Below, piece by piece: positions 28,870 to 37,666 of a stretch of 64,000 nucleotides of DNA. The notes beneath the pieces are model-generated. The model saw only the letters and a list, made by a program, of their open reading frames with translations, was not told the origin of the DNA and ran no database searches. The position numbers and the translations under genes were made by a program. This stretch comes from Planctomycetota bacterium. GTDB lineage: Bacteria; Planctomycetota; JAJSAM01; JAJVHW01. The stretch lies in the NCBI GenBank assembly GCA_965248445.1, contig CBDFJG010000001.1, positions 224,001 through 288,000 of the forward strand, in the 5' to 3' direction. Positions within the stretch are counted from its first letter, which is position 1. The number at the start of each line of letters is the position of its first letter.

Positions 28870-29736
28870 TCAGGCCGCCTGGTGCATGTGGACGTCCTGC
28901 TGGGGGAACGGGATCGAGATCCCGGCATCGTCGAGTGCCAGCTTGATCCGCTCGTGGGTGTTGAAGCGGACATCCCAGTAGTGGTCCGGGTGACACCAGG
29001 GGAAGACGGCGAAGTTGACGCTCGAGTCGGCCAACTCGCTGACAGCCACGCTGGGAGCCGGGTCCTTCAGCACCTGGGGGTCGCGCTCCAGGACGCCCAT
29101 CATGATCTCCTTGGCCTTCCGGATGTCATCCTCGTAGCCGATGCCCATCGTCATCTCGACGCGGATCCGTCCGTTTGCGGAGAGATTCGTGATATTTGCT
29201 GCCGTGATCGTGCCGTTCGGCACGATCACTCTCTTCCCGTCCGGGGTCGTGAACGTGGTGGCGAACAGGCCGAGTTCGTCGACCACACCGAAGGTGCCTC
29301 CTGCCTCCACGAGGTCCCCCACGCCGATGGGCTTGAAGAAGACGAGCATGACGCCGGCGGCGAAGTTGCCGAGGGACCCCTGCAGCGCCATGCCGACGGC
29401 GAACCCGGCGGCGGCCAGGATGGCGGCCACCGACGTCACGTTGACGCCCATCTTGTCGAGCGCGGCCAGCACGACGAACACCATCAACAGGCCGTAGGCA
29501 ATGTTGCCCGTGAAGGTGACGAGCGTCTCGTCGAGCTTGGACCGGCGGCAGATCTTCTGGAGAACCCGGCTGGCCATCCCCGCGACCCACTTGCCGATCA
29601 CGAAGATCGCCAGCACCGTGAGGAGTTTGCCACCCCACGTGACCCCCGTGTTCTGCAGCCACTGAGGATCGGTCAGCTTCTGCAGCAGTCCGACCGTGGT
29701 CTCGGCTTCTTGCGCCAGTAGTGTCGAGAACTCCAC
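28870..29736 (-). CDS. mscS: Small-conductance mechanosensitive channel
   Basis: GFAVGMALQGSLGNFAAG, VIVPNG, ISIPFPQQDVH; GGAGG upstream of GTG 29736. Confidence 0.92.
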   Translation of the reverse strand: MEFSTLLAQEAETTVGLLQKLTDPQWLQNTGVTWGGKLLTVLAIFVIGKWVAGMASRVLQKICRRSKLDETLVTFTGNIAYGLLMVFVVLAALDKMGVNVTSVAAILAAAGFAVGMALQGSLGNFAAGVMLVFFKPIGVGDLVEAGGTFGVVDELGLFATTFTTPDGKRVIVPNGTITAANITNLSANGRIRVEMTMGIGYEDDIRKAKEIMMGVLERDPQVLKDPAPSVAVSELADSSVNFAVFPWCHPDHYWDVRFNTHERIKLALDDAGISIPFPQQDVHMHQAA

Positions 29737-29854
29737 ATCAACCTCCGTCTGAGTTGGGCGACCCGCCGCTTGATGTGCGACGAACGCGCGCTGTTCAAAA
29801 CCGCATCGCGGAGGGTAGCGACGCCGGCGGGGAGCCGCACGAGTGGATACCGCC

Positions 29855-30442
29855 TCAGGCGTGGAGACGCGGCGCGGGCGGGAGATCTGAGAGGACCGCG
29901 GCCTCGTGCGCCGACATCGCCTGGGCTCGCTCCCGGATCTCGTCCTCGCAGAAGCCGACCGCGCGGGCGAGGTCCGTGTACACGCGGTGGTGCCGCGCCT
30001 CGGCCGCCAGCAGCCCGTCGTACAGAGAAGCGAGTTCCGCCTCGCCCGCATCCGCCAGTGCCGCGGCGAGGAGTTGCATGCGCTCGCAAGACCTCGCCTC
30101 GATCAAACCGCACGCGAGGAGCGTGTCGAGCAGCCGGCCGGGCTCGGCGTCCCGGCAGCCGGCCATCAGACGGGCGGCGTAGGCGCTGGGGTGGAGGCGG
30201 TCGAACGGGATGCCCCGACGCTCGAGCACGGCGAGCATCTGCTCGAAGTGCGCGAGCTCCTCGCGTGCCAGTTCGGAGAGCGGTCGGAGCAGCGCCGTGC
30301 GATCGGCGTAGCGGAAGATCAAGTTGATCGCGGTCGAAGCCGCCTTCTTCTCGCAGTGCGTATGATCCAGCAGGACCTGCGGCAGATCCGCCATCGCGCG
30401 CACGGCCCACTCCGGGCCGGTCAGGCACGCGAGGCCGAGCAT
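29855..30442 (-). CDS. miaE: tRNA-(ms2i6A37) hydroxylase, ferritin-like diiron enzyme
   Basis: LLDHTHCEKKAA, EELAHFEQ, LIEARSCER, EARH. Confidence 0.92.
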   Translation of the reverse strand: MLGLACLTGPEWAVRAMADLPQVLLDHTHCEKKAASTAINLIFRYADRTALLRPLSELAREELAHFEQMLAVLERRGIPFDRLHPSAYAARLMAGCRDAEPGRLLDTLLACGLIEARSCERMQLLAAALADAGEAELASLYDGLLAAEARHHRVYTDLARAVGFCEDEIRERAQAMSAHEAAVLSDLPPAPRLHA

Positions 30443-30482
30443 CGCTAGGTTCGCCGCCGGCCCCGACCACCGACCGTGCGCA

Positions 30483-33003
30483 TCACTCCGACTCCCGGAT
30501 CTCGAGGAGACCGTTGCGCGGGATTCCGTCGGTGACTACCTGCCTCGTCCCCGATGGCCACACGACTTCGACGGCGTCCGCGCGCTGCGCGCTGCCCAGA
30601 CCGAAGTAGAGCGGCACGACTCCCTGCGAGAGGTACCCGGTTCGGCCGTCCCACAGCTGGAGGATGCGGGCACTCCCGGCGCGCACGGTGACGCGCGCTC
30701 CGAACCCGTCGCGATTGGACTTGGTCCCGGTCAGCCGGATCTTCAGGTAGGAGAGGTCCGGCTTCCGGTCGGAGAGGTTGCTGATGAGCACCTGAGGCCG
30801 CCATGCCCACTCGCGCGCGAAGATGTCCAGGTCGCCGTCGTCGTCGATGTCGAACACGGCCGCCGCCCGCGTCACCGGTGCATCCCACAGAGCCACGTGT
30901 CCCTTCAGACCGAGACCTGACACGATGGGAAGTTCGCGGGGCGAGTCCCCCGTGTCCATGTGTGTCCACGGCTTCGTCGTGCGCCCGTCGCGCCGCGGTT
31001 CGACCCCGAGGATGTACTCGGCATCCCGGAAGCGGCGACCACCGTCATTCAGCAGCACCGAGTTGGGGTGGTAGCGGTAGACGAACCCCATGCCCGCGGG
31101 AATCACGAGATCCGGGTGCCCGTCGGCGTTCAGATCCGCGACGGACGGCCCCCACGGCCAGTACATCTCGGCACCCCACTCCGCGGAGACCTCGACGAAC
31201 CGATCGGGGCCGTCGTTACGGAAGAGCGCATTGCCGAAGATGCTCGTGCCGCCGGTCCGGAGGAACGACTCGGGCTCGTCGCCCGCGTCGATCTTCTCGG
31301 CCTCGAGTGCGCGGTCCGCGGCATGAATTCTGAACATGTCCGAGTGCATGTCGGTGATGAAGATGTCGAGATCGCCGTCGCCGTCGAAGTCGAGCGTGCT
31401 CGCACCCATCGAGCCCCACGGGGTGCGCGGGAAGACGTCGGTGGTCCGGCGCTCGAAGCGCTCGCCGCCGCGGTTCTCCCAGTACTCGTCCCGGCCCTGC
31501 ATGTTGAGCACGTACAGGTCCGGCCAGCCGTCGCGATTCCCGTCGATGGGAAGGGCAGCGCCGGTCCAGCTCTCGTCGCCGTCGAGACCCACTCGCTCGC
31601 TGACGTCCTCGAACCGGAGCCCCCCGAGATTCCGATACAGGACGCTGTGCTCGACCCGCTCGGGTATCACGTGCCCGGCGAATGCATCCACGAGGCCGAC
31701 GTAGTACCGCAGGTCCCCCTCGCCCGGCCTGTGCGAAGAGGCGACGAGTTCGTCGGATGTGAAGACCCCTACGTTCGCGACGTAGAGGTCCAGCAGACCG
31801 TCCCGGTCATAGTCGAACGCGAGCGCCTGAGAGGAGTGGCCGGCGTAGCCGATCCTCGCCTCCTCGGTGATCTCGACAAAGCGGCCCGTGCCGTCGTTCT
31901 CGAACAGGCGGTTACCCGTGCGAATGCAGGCGAAGAAGGCGTCCACATCGCCGTCGTTGTCGAGGTCCGCGAACGTCGAACGTCGTGGACGCGCCCACCG
32001 ACTCCCGCACTCGAAGACCCGAACGCTCGGTGGCGTCCTCGAATCGCCCGCCCCCCGCGTTGCGCCACAGCTGACCACCGCCGACCTGGTTCGGCAGGTA
32101 GATGTCCGTGCGACCGTCGCCGCCGACGTCGGCCAGCGAAGCGCCACAACCGTGGTCGTAGTGGAGGATCTTGAAGTTGCGTCCACCGTCGGGCGTCGGT
32201 CGCCCGACGAACGTGATCCCGGTTTGGTCGAGCCGGTCCTCGAACTGGAACTCCGTGAACGCGCCGAATTCGCTGCGTGTGGCCAGTTGCGCGTCGCGAC
32301 GCGCCGCGACCCACGACGCCTCGGGCAGGTCGCTGTTCCCGTACACGCGGTGCCGCTCGGTGAGCACCGCCTCCACGTCCCTGTGCAGGCGGTCGACTTC
32401 CAGGTCGTCCAACCCGTCGTAGTACCCGCGGATGCGCCCCCACGAATCGATCACGACCATCTGCGTCGAGTGCACGATCGGCATGTCCGAGTCGCGGGTG
32501 TCGTCGCGCACGTCCAGCATGAAGCCGGACTTACTCAGCTCCCAGATGCTGCTGCGACCGCCCGTCAAGAACCGCCACACGTCGGGATCCGCGCCGTTGT
32601 CCTCCGCGTACGTCGCTAGCACGTCGTGGGTGTCGAACTCGGGATCGACCGTGATGCTGACGAGGCCGAGCGCATCCTTCCTCGGGTGCTCCGAGTACCT
32701 GCGCTGCAGGCCTCGCATTCGCGCGGTCTGCTTCGGGCAGGTGCTGCCACACCTCGTGAAGATGAATGTGGCGATCCACACCTTGTCGGACAGTTGCATG
32801 GAACCAAAAGGCTCGCCCGTTTGATCCGTGAGCTCGAACGCGGGCAGTTCCCCCAGCACGCGCACCTCGCGCGCCGGGCGAACCGACGGAACCGCAGCGG
32901 CGTCCGCAGTTTCGTCGGACGCGTTGTCCGTGGCCGTGTCTCCACATCCCCCCGCAATCACAAGAGCTGCGAGCACGATGCCGACGCGTAGTGAGTGTCT
33001 CAC
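30483..33003 (-). pseudogene. Lipoprotein fusion: SCO1/SenC domain + CRTAC1-like FG-GAP repeats + ASPIC/UnbV C-terminus; frameshift from a 7-bp duplication at 31971-31984
   Basis: Lipobox AGGC; FIFTRCGSTCP and VHS (SCO); repeated ADLDNDGD/FDYDRDG/DFDGDGD motifs; NRDGFGARV..GYLSQ..LYFGLG..WPSG. Removing one GAACGTC copy restores STTFADLDNDGD. Confidence 0.85.
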
Positions 33004-33533
33004 CGCTCCCCCTCCTCGCCCCCACGCGCGATGCTCTGCTCGAGCCCCTCCACCCATTCCAGGAACGCGCTCGGTGGAACCACGTGCAGTGTCCCGATGA
33101 GGTCGGGATGAGAGAACCCGCAGAACTGGTCCCCACGCAGCTCGAGCTCCCCCGCTGTGCCCGAGTCGAAGGCGAGTGAGAACTCCTGTCCGGGCACCGC
33201 GATCTCCGCCACGCTCAGGTGCGGCAGGCGCAACTTGTACACGTAGTCCCGGCTGCGCAAATGGAGGATCGTGGGTGTGTGAGTCGGAACGCGGATGTCG
33301 CGCGTCGCGATGCGGTCGTCGTCACTGCCGAGGATGCCGTCCCGACCCGGGTACCGCAGATGCCACCGATAGTCGTCGCCGGTGACCTCGATCACGATTC
33401 TCTCCGGAACGGTCGCAGCGGTCCGCTCCGTGACGCGCTCGTGCGACTGTGCGATCGCGCCGTCGGAGCACGCCGCGACGACGATAGCGAGCACCGAAGC
33501 GTGGAGCACCGGATGAGCGGCGAGTTCGCGCAC
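33000..33533 (-). CDS. Cytochrome c oxidase subunit II-like cupredoxin domain protein with a degenerate CuA site
   Basis: IEVTGDDYRWHLRYPG, LHLRSRDYVY, AVPG, GDQFCGFSHPDL; start uncertain. Confidence 0.75.
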   Translation of the reverse strand: MRELAAHPVLHASVLAIVVAACSDGAIAQSHERVTERTAATVPERIVIEVTGDDYRWHLRYPGRDGILGSDDDRIATRDIRVPTHTPTILHLRSRDYVYKLRLPHLSVAEIAVPGQEFSLAFDSGTAGELELRGDQFCGFSHPDLIGTLHVVPPSAFLEWVEGLEQSIARGGEEGER

Positions 33534-33535
33534 AA

Positions 33536-33652
33536 CTACTCGCCAGCGGGCGGCTGCGCCGCGGCGGGGAGCCGTCCGATACCAGGCCGGATCCACGTCT
33601 CCTCGGAGTGGGACGTGCACGCGGAGAGGAGTGCCATCATGCCGATCAGCAC
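33536..33652 (-). CDS. Possible short lipoprotein or gene fragment
   Basis: VLIGMMALLSAC lipobox-like sequence fills the gap between neighbours; only 38 aa. Confidence 0.3.
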   Translation of the reverse strand: MLIGMMALLSACTSHSEETWIRPGIGRLPAAAQPPAGE

Positions 33653-33663
33653 GAGCGCTCGGC

Positions 33664-35049
33664 TTACTTGGGACTGTGCTTGGCGTTGAGCTTCATGAAC
33701 TCCTGAACGCCCTTCTCGAGGTGCTCTCGGAGCCGGGGGACCATCTCGTCGTAGCGCGCGCGCACCATCTTCGAGAGTTTGAGCTCGTCGGCCTTCGCGT
33801 ACTCGTCGCGCAGCTGGTTCAGGAAGTGCCAGTTGAGGACGCGCACCTCGACGAACGCGGCCTCGGCCGCGGCGAGTCCCTCCTCGAACGCGGCCTTCGG
33901 ATCGTCCTTCCTGAACGCCTTCCAGCGGCTCTTGAGCCGCTTCTCGCCAGCCTTGCGGTGCTTGTCGAGCAGCCCCTGCCACTCGCCCCGCAGCGCGTCG
34001 GCCGCTGGTACGCCACGGAACTCGCGCAGGAACACGAGGAGGTGCACCCAGCCTGAGTCCTTCTCTGGCGGAACCTTGTGCTTCTTCCACTTCCCGACCG
34101 ATCTGGTGATCTCCTTGATATGGGCGGCCGCCAGCTTGTCAACCGCAACGACCGCCTTCCTCGCCTTCGAAGTGAGCTTCTTCGACGCCTCCTCGAGCCC
34201 GGCTATCCGCTCCGCGACGGCCCGCAGCGCCGCGTAGTCGTGCCACTGCGGTCCGTCGTTCTTCGACAGGAAGTTGAAACACGCCTGGAGGCGCTCGGTT
34301 TCGGTCGTTGTCATGCCCTCGACGTACGCGAGCTGCTGCGACGTGTGCGGGACGAAGACGTTCCCGATGCTGCCGTTGTGTTCGGACGGCCAGTGGTTCC
34401 ATCCCTCGAGCGCGCGCAGCCGGAGCATGGGGTACTTCGCCTTCTCGTACTGCTCGAATCCGCCGCGGCTCTGCCAGTACGGAACGACCGGGTCGGCGGT
34501 CCCGTGCAACAGGACCACGGCCTGGTGGTGGCCCTTCCTCGATTTCACCGTGTTGCCCCACGGGCCGCTCGCGTGCCCTACCACGCCTTGGACTTCGTCC
34601 GGGAACTCGCCCGCGTACAGGAGTGCGAAGAACGAGCCCTGGCTGTGCCCGTACAGGTACGTCGCGCGCACGTTGAAGGCCTTCTTCAACTCCGCGTGCA
34701 GCGCGTTGATCCGGTCGAGGTCCTTCTTCTGGTTGAGAAGGTTGAAGCCGCCGCGCCCGTTCGAGGTGGTGCCGTCCGGCGAGACGACCACGTCGTCGGG
34801 ACGAAACTCGCCGGCGCGGTGGTTCGCGAAGCCCCATCGCCGGTCGAGGTTGGACCCGTGCAGGATGAACGTCAGGTTGACGCCCTTCTCGGCGTCGTAG
34901 CCCTTCGGTACGAAGAACTGGTACGCCAGCCCGTCCTCGGACTTCCATTCGCACACCGCGCCACGGGGTGCTTCGCCCGGCGCCTTGGACGCGGGCTCGG
35001 CCGCGTGAGCCGACGTTGAGAGGGCCAGCGCCAGGAGCGCGGCGGCTGC
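33664..35049 (-). CDS. Secreted alpha/beta hydrolase (esterase-like) with helical C-terminus; native 5' end replaced by IS66
   Basis: GHSQG nucleophile elbow, LHGTADPVV, WNHW; signal-peptide core AAAALLALALSTSAHA abuts the IS end. Confidence 0.8.
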   Translation of the reverse strand, partial: AAAALLALALSTSAHAAEPASKAPGEAPRGAVCEWKSEDGLAYQFFVPKGYDAEKGVNLTFILHGSNLDRRWGFANHRAGEFRPDDVVVSPDGTTSNGRGGFNLLNQKKDLDRINALHAELKKAFNVRATYLYGHSQGSFFALLYAGEFPDEVQGVVGHASGPWGNTVKSRKGHHQAVVLLHGTADPVVPYWQSRGGFEQYEKAKYPMLRLRALEGWNHWPSEHNGSIGNVFVPHTSQQLAYVEGMTTTETERLQACFNFLSKNDGPQWHDYAALRAVAERIAGLEEASKKLTSKARKAVVAVDKLAAAHIKEITRSVGKWKKHKVPPEKDSGWVHLLVFLREFRGVPAADALRGEWQGLLDKHRKAGEKRLKSRWKAFRKDDPKAAFEEGLAAAEAAFVEVRVLNWHFLNQLRDEYAKADELKLSKMVRARYDEMVPRLREHLEKGVQEFMKLNAKHSPK

Positions 35050-36549
35050 GTAACCGTTCACCCCTTCGTCGCGAGCCAGGATCCAGATCGTTCGGCCATC
35101 GGTCGATCAAGAGGTTGTGGGCGAGCGGCAGGACGAGGATCTGCGGGCGATGGTCGAGGGCCTTCTGGCCTGGATCGAGGAGTTGGAGCGTCGCGAAGCG
35201 AAGCATCTGCGCCGCATCGACGAGCTCGAGTCGCGTCTGAAGCGTGACTCCCGCAACAGCTCGAGGCCTCCGTCGTCGGACCCGGCGTGGTCCAAGCGCC
35301 GTCGCGGCCGAAGGCCGCGTAGCGGTCGCCAGCAGGGCGGACAGCCGGGCCATGAGGGCACGGCGCGCGAGCTGGTGGATCCGTCCAACGTCGATGAGAC
35401 CAAGGAGCACCGTCCCGACCGCTGCGACGCGTGCGGACACGACGATCTCGAGCAGGGCATCGGCGATCCGTACCGGCACCAGGTGACGGTGCTCCCGCGC
35501 GTGCTCGTCACGGTGCGGGAGCACCGGCTGCACAAGGCGCGGTGCCGGCGCTGTCGTGCGGTCACGACGGCGGTCCTGCCCGATGGCGTGCCGACCGGGG
35601 CCTTCGGTCCGCGGCTGACCACACTTGCCGGCGCGCTGCGCGGCGTGTACCGCGTGAGCGTGCGGGAGACGCAGCGGCTGCTCGGTGAGATCTTCGGTGT
35701 GAAGATGTCGCTGGGCAAGATCAGCGACTGTGAGCGTCGGCTCAGTGACGCTCTGCACTCGTCGTACCTCGAAGCCCTCGGGGCAGTCCGCACGTCGCTG
35801 CGAGCCAACGTGGACGAGACGTCGTGGAAGGAACGGGGCCGGGTGTGCTGGCTGTGGGCGGCGGAGAGCGAGCACGCCACAGCCTTCGGGATCGATCGCC
35901 GCCGCAGTGCCAAGGCGAAAGGGCGGCTGATCGGGCGGCGTTTCGGTGGCACGGTGATCAGCGACCGGATGGGTGCCTACGAGTCACACCCACTTGCCCG
36001 CCGCCAGCTCTGCTGGGCGCACATCGAGCGCGCCTTCCGTGCGCTGGCCGAAGGCCCGCGAGGACATCGCCGCTTCGGCAACAAGGGCGTCATGATCGCG
36101 CAGTCGGTCATGCGCAGCTACCGGCTCTTCGGTGAGCACGGCGACCGTGACCGGCTGCAAGGCGAAGCCGCTGTGCTGCGCGGACGGCTCGAGCGACTGA
36201 TCGCGAACGACGACTCGGCTCTGGCCAACCATCTGCGCCCCCGCGTGGTCGCCCTCTTCACCTATGCGCGGACCCAGGACGTGAGTCCGACGAACAACGC
36301 CGCCGAGCGCGCGGTCCGCAAAGCGGTGCTCTGGCGCAAGGGCTCCTTCGGAAGCCAGTCCGCTCGCGGACTCCGCTTCGCCGAGCGCGTGTTGACCGCC
36401 GCGGCCACGCTGCGACGCCGTGGCGACCAAGTCTTCGACTTCCTCGCCGACTCGGTCGCCGCGCACCTCACCGGCGCCGACCCGCCCGTCATGGTCCCGC
36501 TGCCCGTCGCACGCTGAGGCTCACACGCTGTCAAGGGGTGAACGGTTAC
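35050..36549 (+). mobile_element. IS66-family element (ISBst12-like), copy 2, 1500 bp
   Basis: Same TIRs; five substitutions seen versus copy 1; flanks GCGGCTGC / GATGGCGG are not a TSD. Confidence 0.95.
35117..36517 (+). CDS. IS66 family transposase
   Basis: Identical to 13307-14707 except one L/R change. Confidence 0.95.
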   Translation: MGERQDEDLRAMVEGLLAWIEELERREAKHLRRIDELESRLKRDSRNSSRPPSSDPAWSKRRRGRRPRSGRQQGGQPGHEGTARELVDPSNVDETKEHRPDRCDACGHDDLEQGIGDPYRHQVTVLPRVLVTVREHRLHKARCRRCRAVTTAVLPDGVPTGAFGPRLTTLAGALRGVYRVSVRETQRLLGEIFGVKMSLGKISDCERRLSDALHSSYLEALGAVRTSLRANVDETSWKERGRVCWLWAAESEHATAFGIDRRRSAKAKGRLIGRRFGGTVISDRMGAYESHPLARRQLCWAHIERAFRALAEGPRGHRRFGNKGVMIAQSVMRSYRLFGEHGDRDRLQGEAAVLRGRLERLIANDDSALANHLRPRVVALFTYARTQDVSPTNNAAERAVRKAVLWRKGSFGSQSARGLRFAERVLTAAATLRRRGDQVFDFLADSVAAHLTGADPPVMVPLPVAR

Positions 36550-37299
36550 GATGGCGGTCAGGAGGAAGGGCCGGAAGTGCTCGGGGCAGTTGGTGATGAG
36601 CGCGCCGAGTTCCTTCTTCGTCAGGTAGCGCCGGGGCCGCCGTGTCTCGCGCAGCTTCTTGATGCCGGCGAGCGGGTTGGCGTCGAGGTGCCCGTCGAGC
36701 ACGGCCTCGTTCAGGATGCGGATGACGCTCTGCTGGTCGGCGTTCAGCGTCCGTGGGCTGACGGTCGTCTTCTTCCCGTAGGACGAGTTCCGGGTCGTCG
36801 CGCGCCAGGCCCGGTAGTCCAGCCAGCGGGCAGGCGTGATCTCATCCAGCCGCACGGCCCGCTGGCCGTCACGCTCCCCGAAGTACTCGGTCCAAGCCCG
36901 AAGTGCCGCGCGGTAGACACCCATGGTCCCCTTGGCCAGGACCGGCTCGAAGCGGCGCTCGATCACGTCCTTGGCGTAGCCGACCAGCGTGGGGACGTCG
37001 CGTGGGGCGCTCTCGACGCTGGCCTGGACGGCGCGCTCCTGCGCCTCCGAGAGGGTAGGCGGGACCTCGTAGGCCTCGGCGAGGATGCGCTTCTCCACCT
37101 CGTCGAGGAAGTCCTTGGCCTCCTTCTCCGTGTCGAAGGCCCGGGTCAGCCAGCGCCGCTCAGTCCGGCAGAACCACTTGGCCGACCAGGTCCGGCGGCC
37201 CGACCCCCACTTGCGCGAGTAGATGCTGCCGAAGCGGCGCTTGCGCTTGCCGCGCCGGCGGTTCGCCGGGGGCTCCTTCGTTCTCGTTTCTGCTTCCAC
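36550..37299 (-). pseudogene. Tyrosine recombinase/integrase, N-terminal part, truncated by IS66
   Basis: Arm-binding GSIYSR..W, core-binding SPRTLN..ILNEAVLDGHLDANP, RYLTKKE, FLLTAIVT; ends just before the expected catalytic G-x-R motif. Confidence 0.85.
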
Positions 37300-37396
37300 G
37301 TCGTGCTCTCCGGGGCTCGTGCCCCGCAGCAGGCGGAGCACGTGTGGTCCCGATGCACGCTCTTGCGTCCCTGAACATCCAGTACCTTCGACCGGC

Positions 37397-37666
37397 CTAC
37401 GCACGGGTATCTCCGAGCAGTCGCGTGACCCGTCCGGGGAGGCCTGCCTTCCGGGTCCTGCGGTCGAGGAATGTGCGGACGTCGTCCGGGCGGAAGCGCA
37501 GGACACGAGGCGCGACGTCGATCGCGGGGAGGGCCGCCTTCTTCGCCAAGCGGTAGACTGTCGTCGTGTCTACAGAGAGGTAGGCGGCCACCGTGGCGGC
37601 ATCGACGAGCGGCTCGCCGAACGGCGAGACGGGCGTCGCAGCAGGCAGGCGCATCCGGTCCGTCAC
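37397..37666 (-). CDS. Excisionase-like helix-turn-helix protein
   Basis: LVDAATVAAYLSVDTTTVYRLAKKAALPAI..LRFRPDDV; upstream of the integrase. Confidence 0.85.
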   Translation of the reverse strand: MTDRMRLPAATPVSPFGEPLVDAATVAAYLSVDTTTVYRLAKKAALPAIDVAPRVLRFRPDDVRTFLDRRTRKAGLPGRVTRLLGDTRA

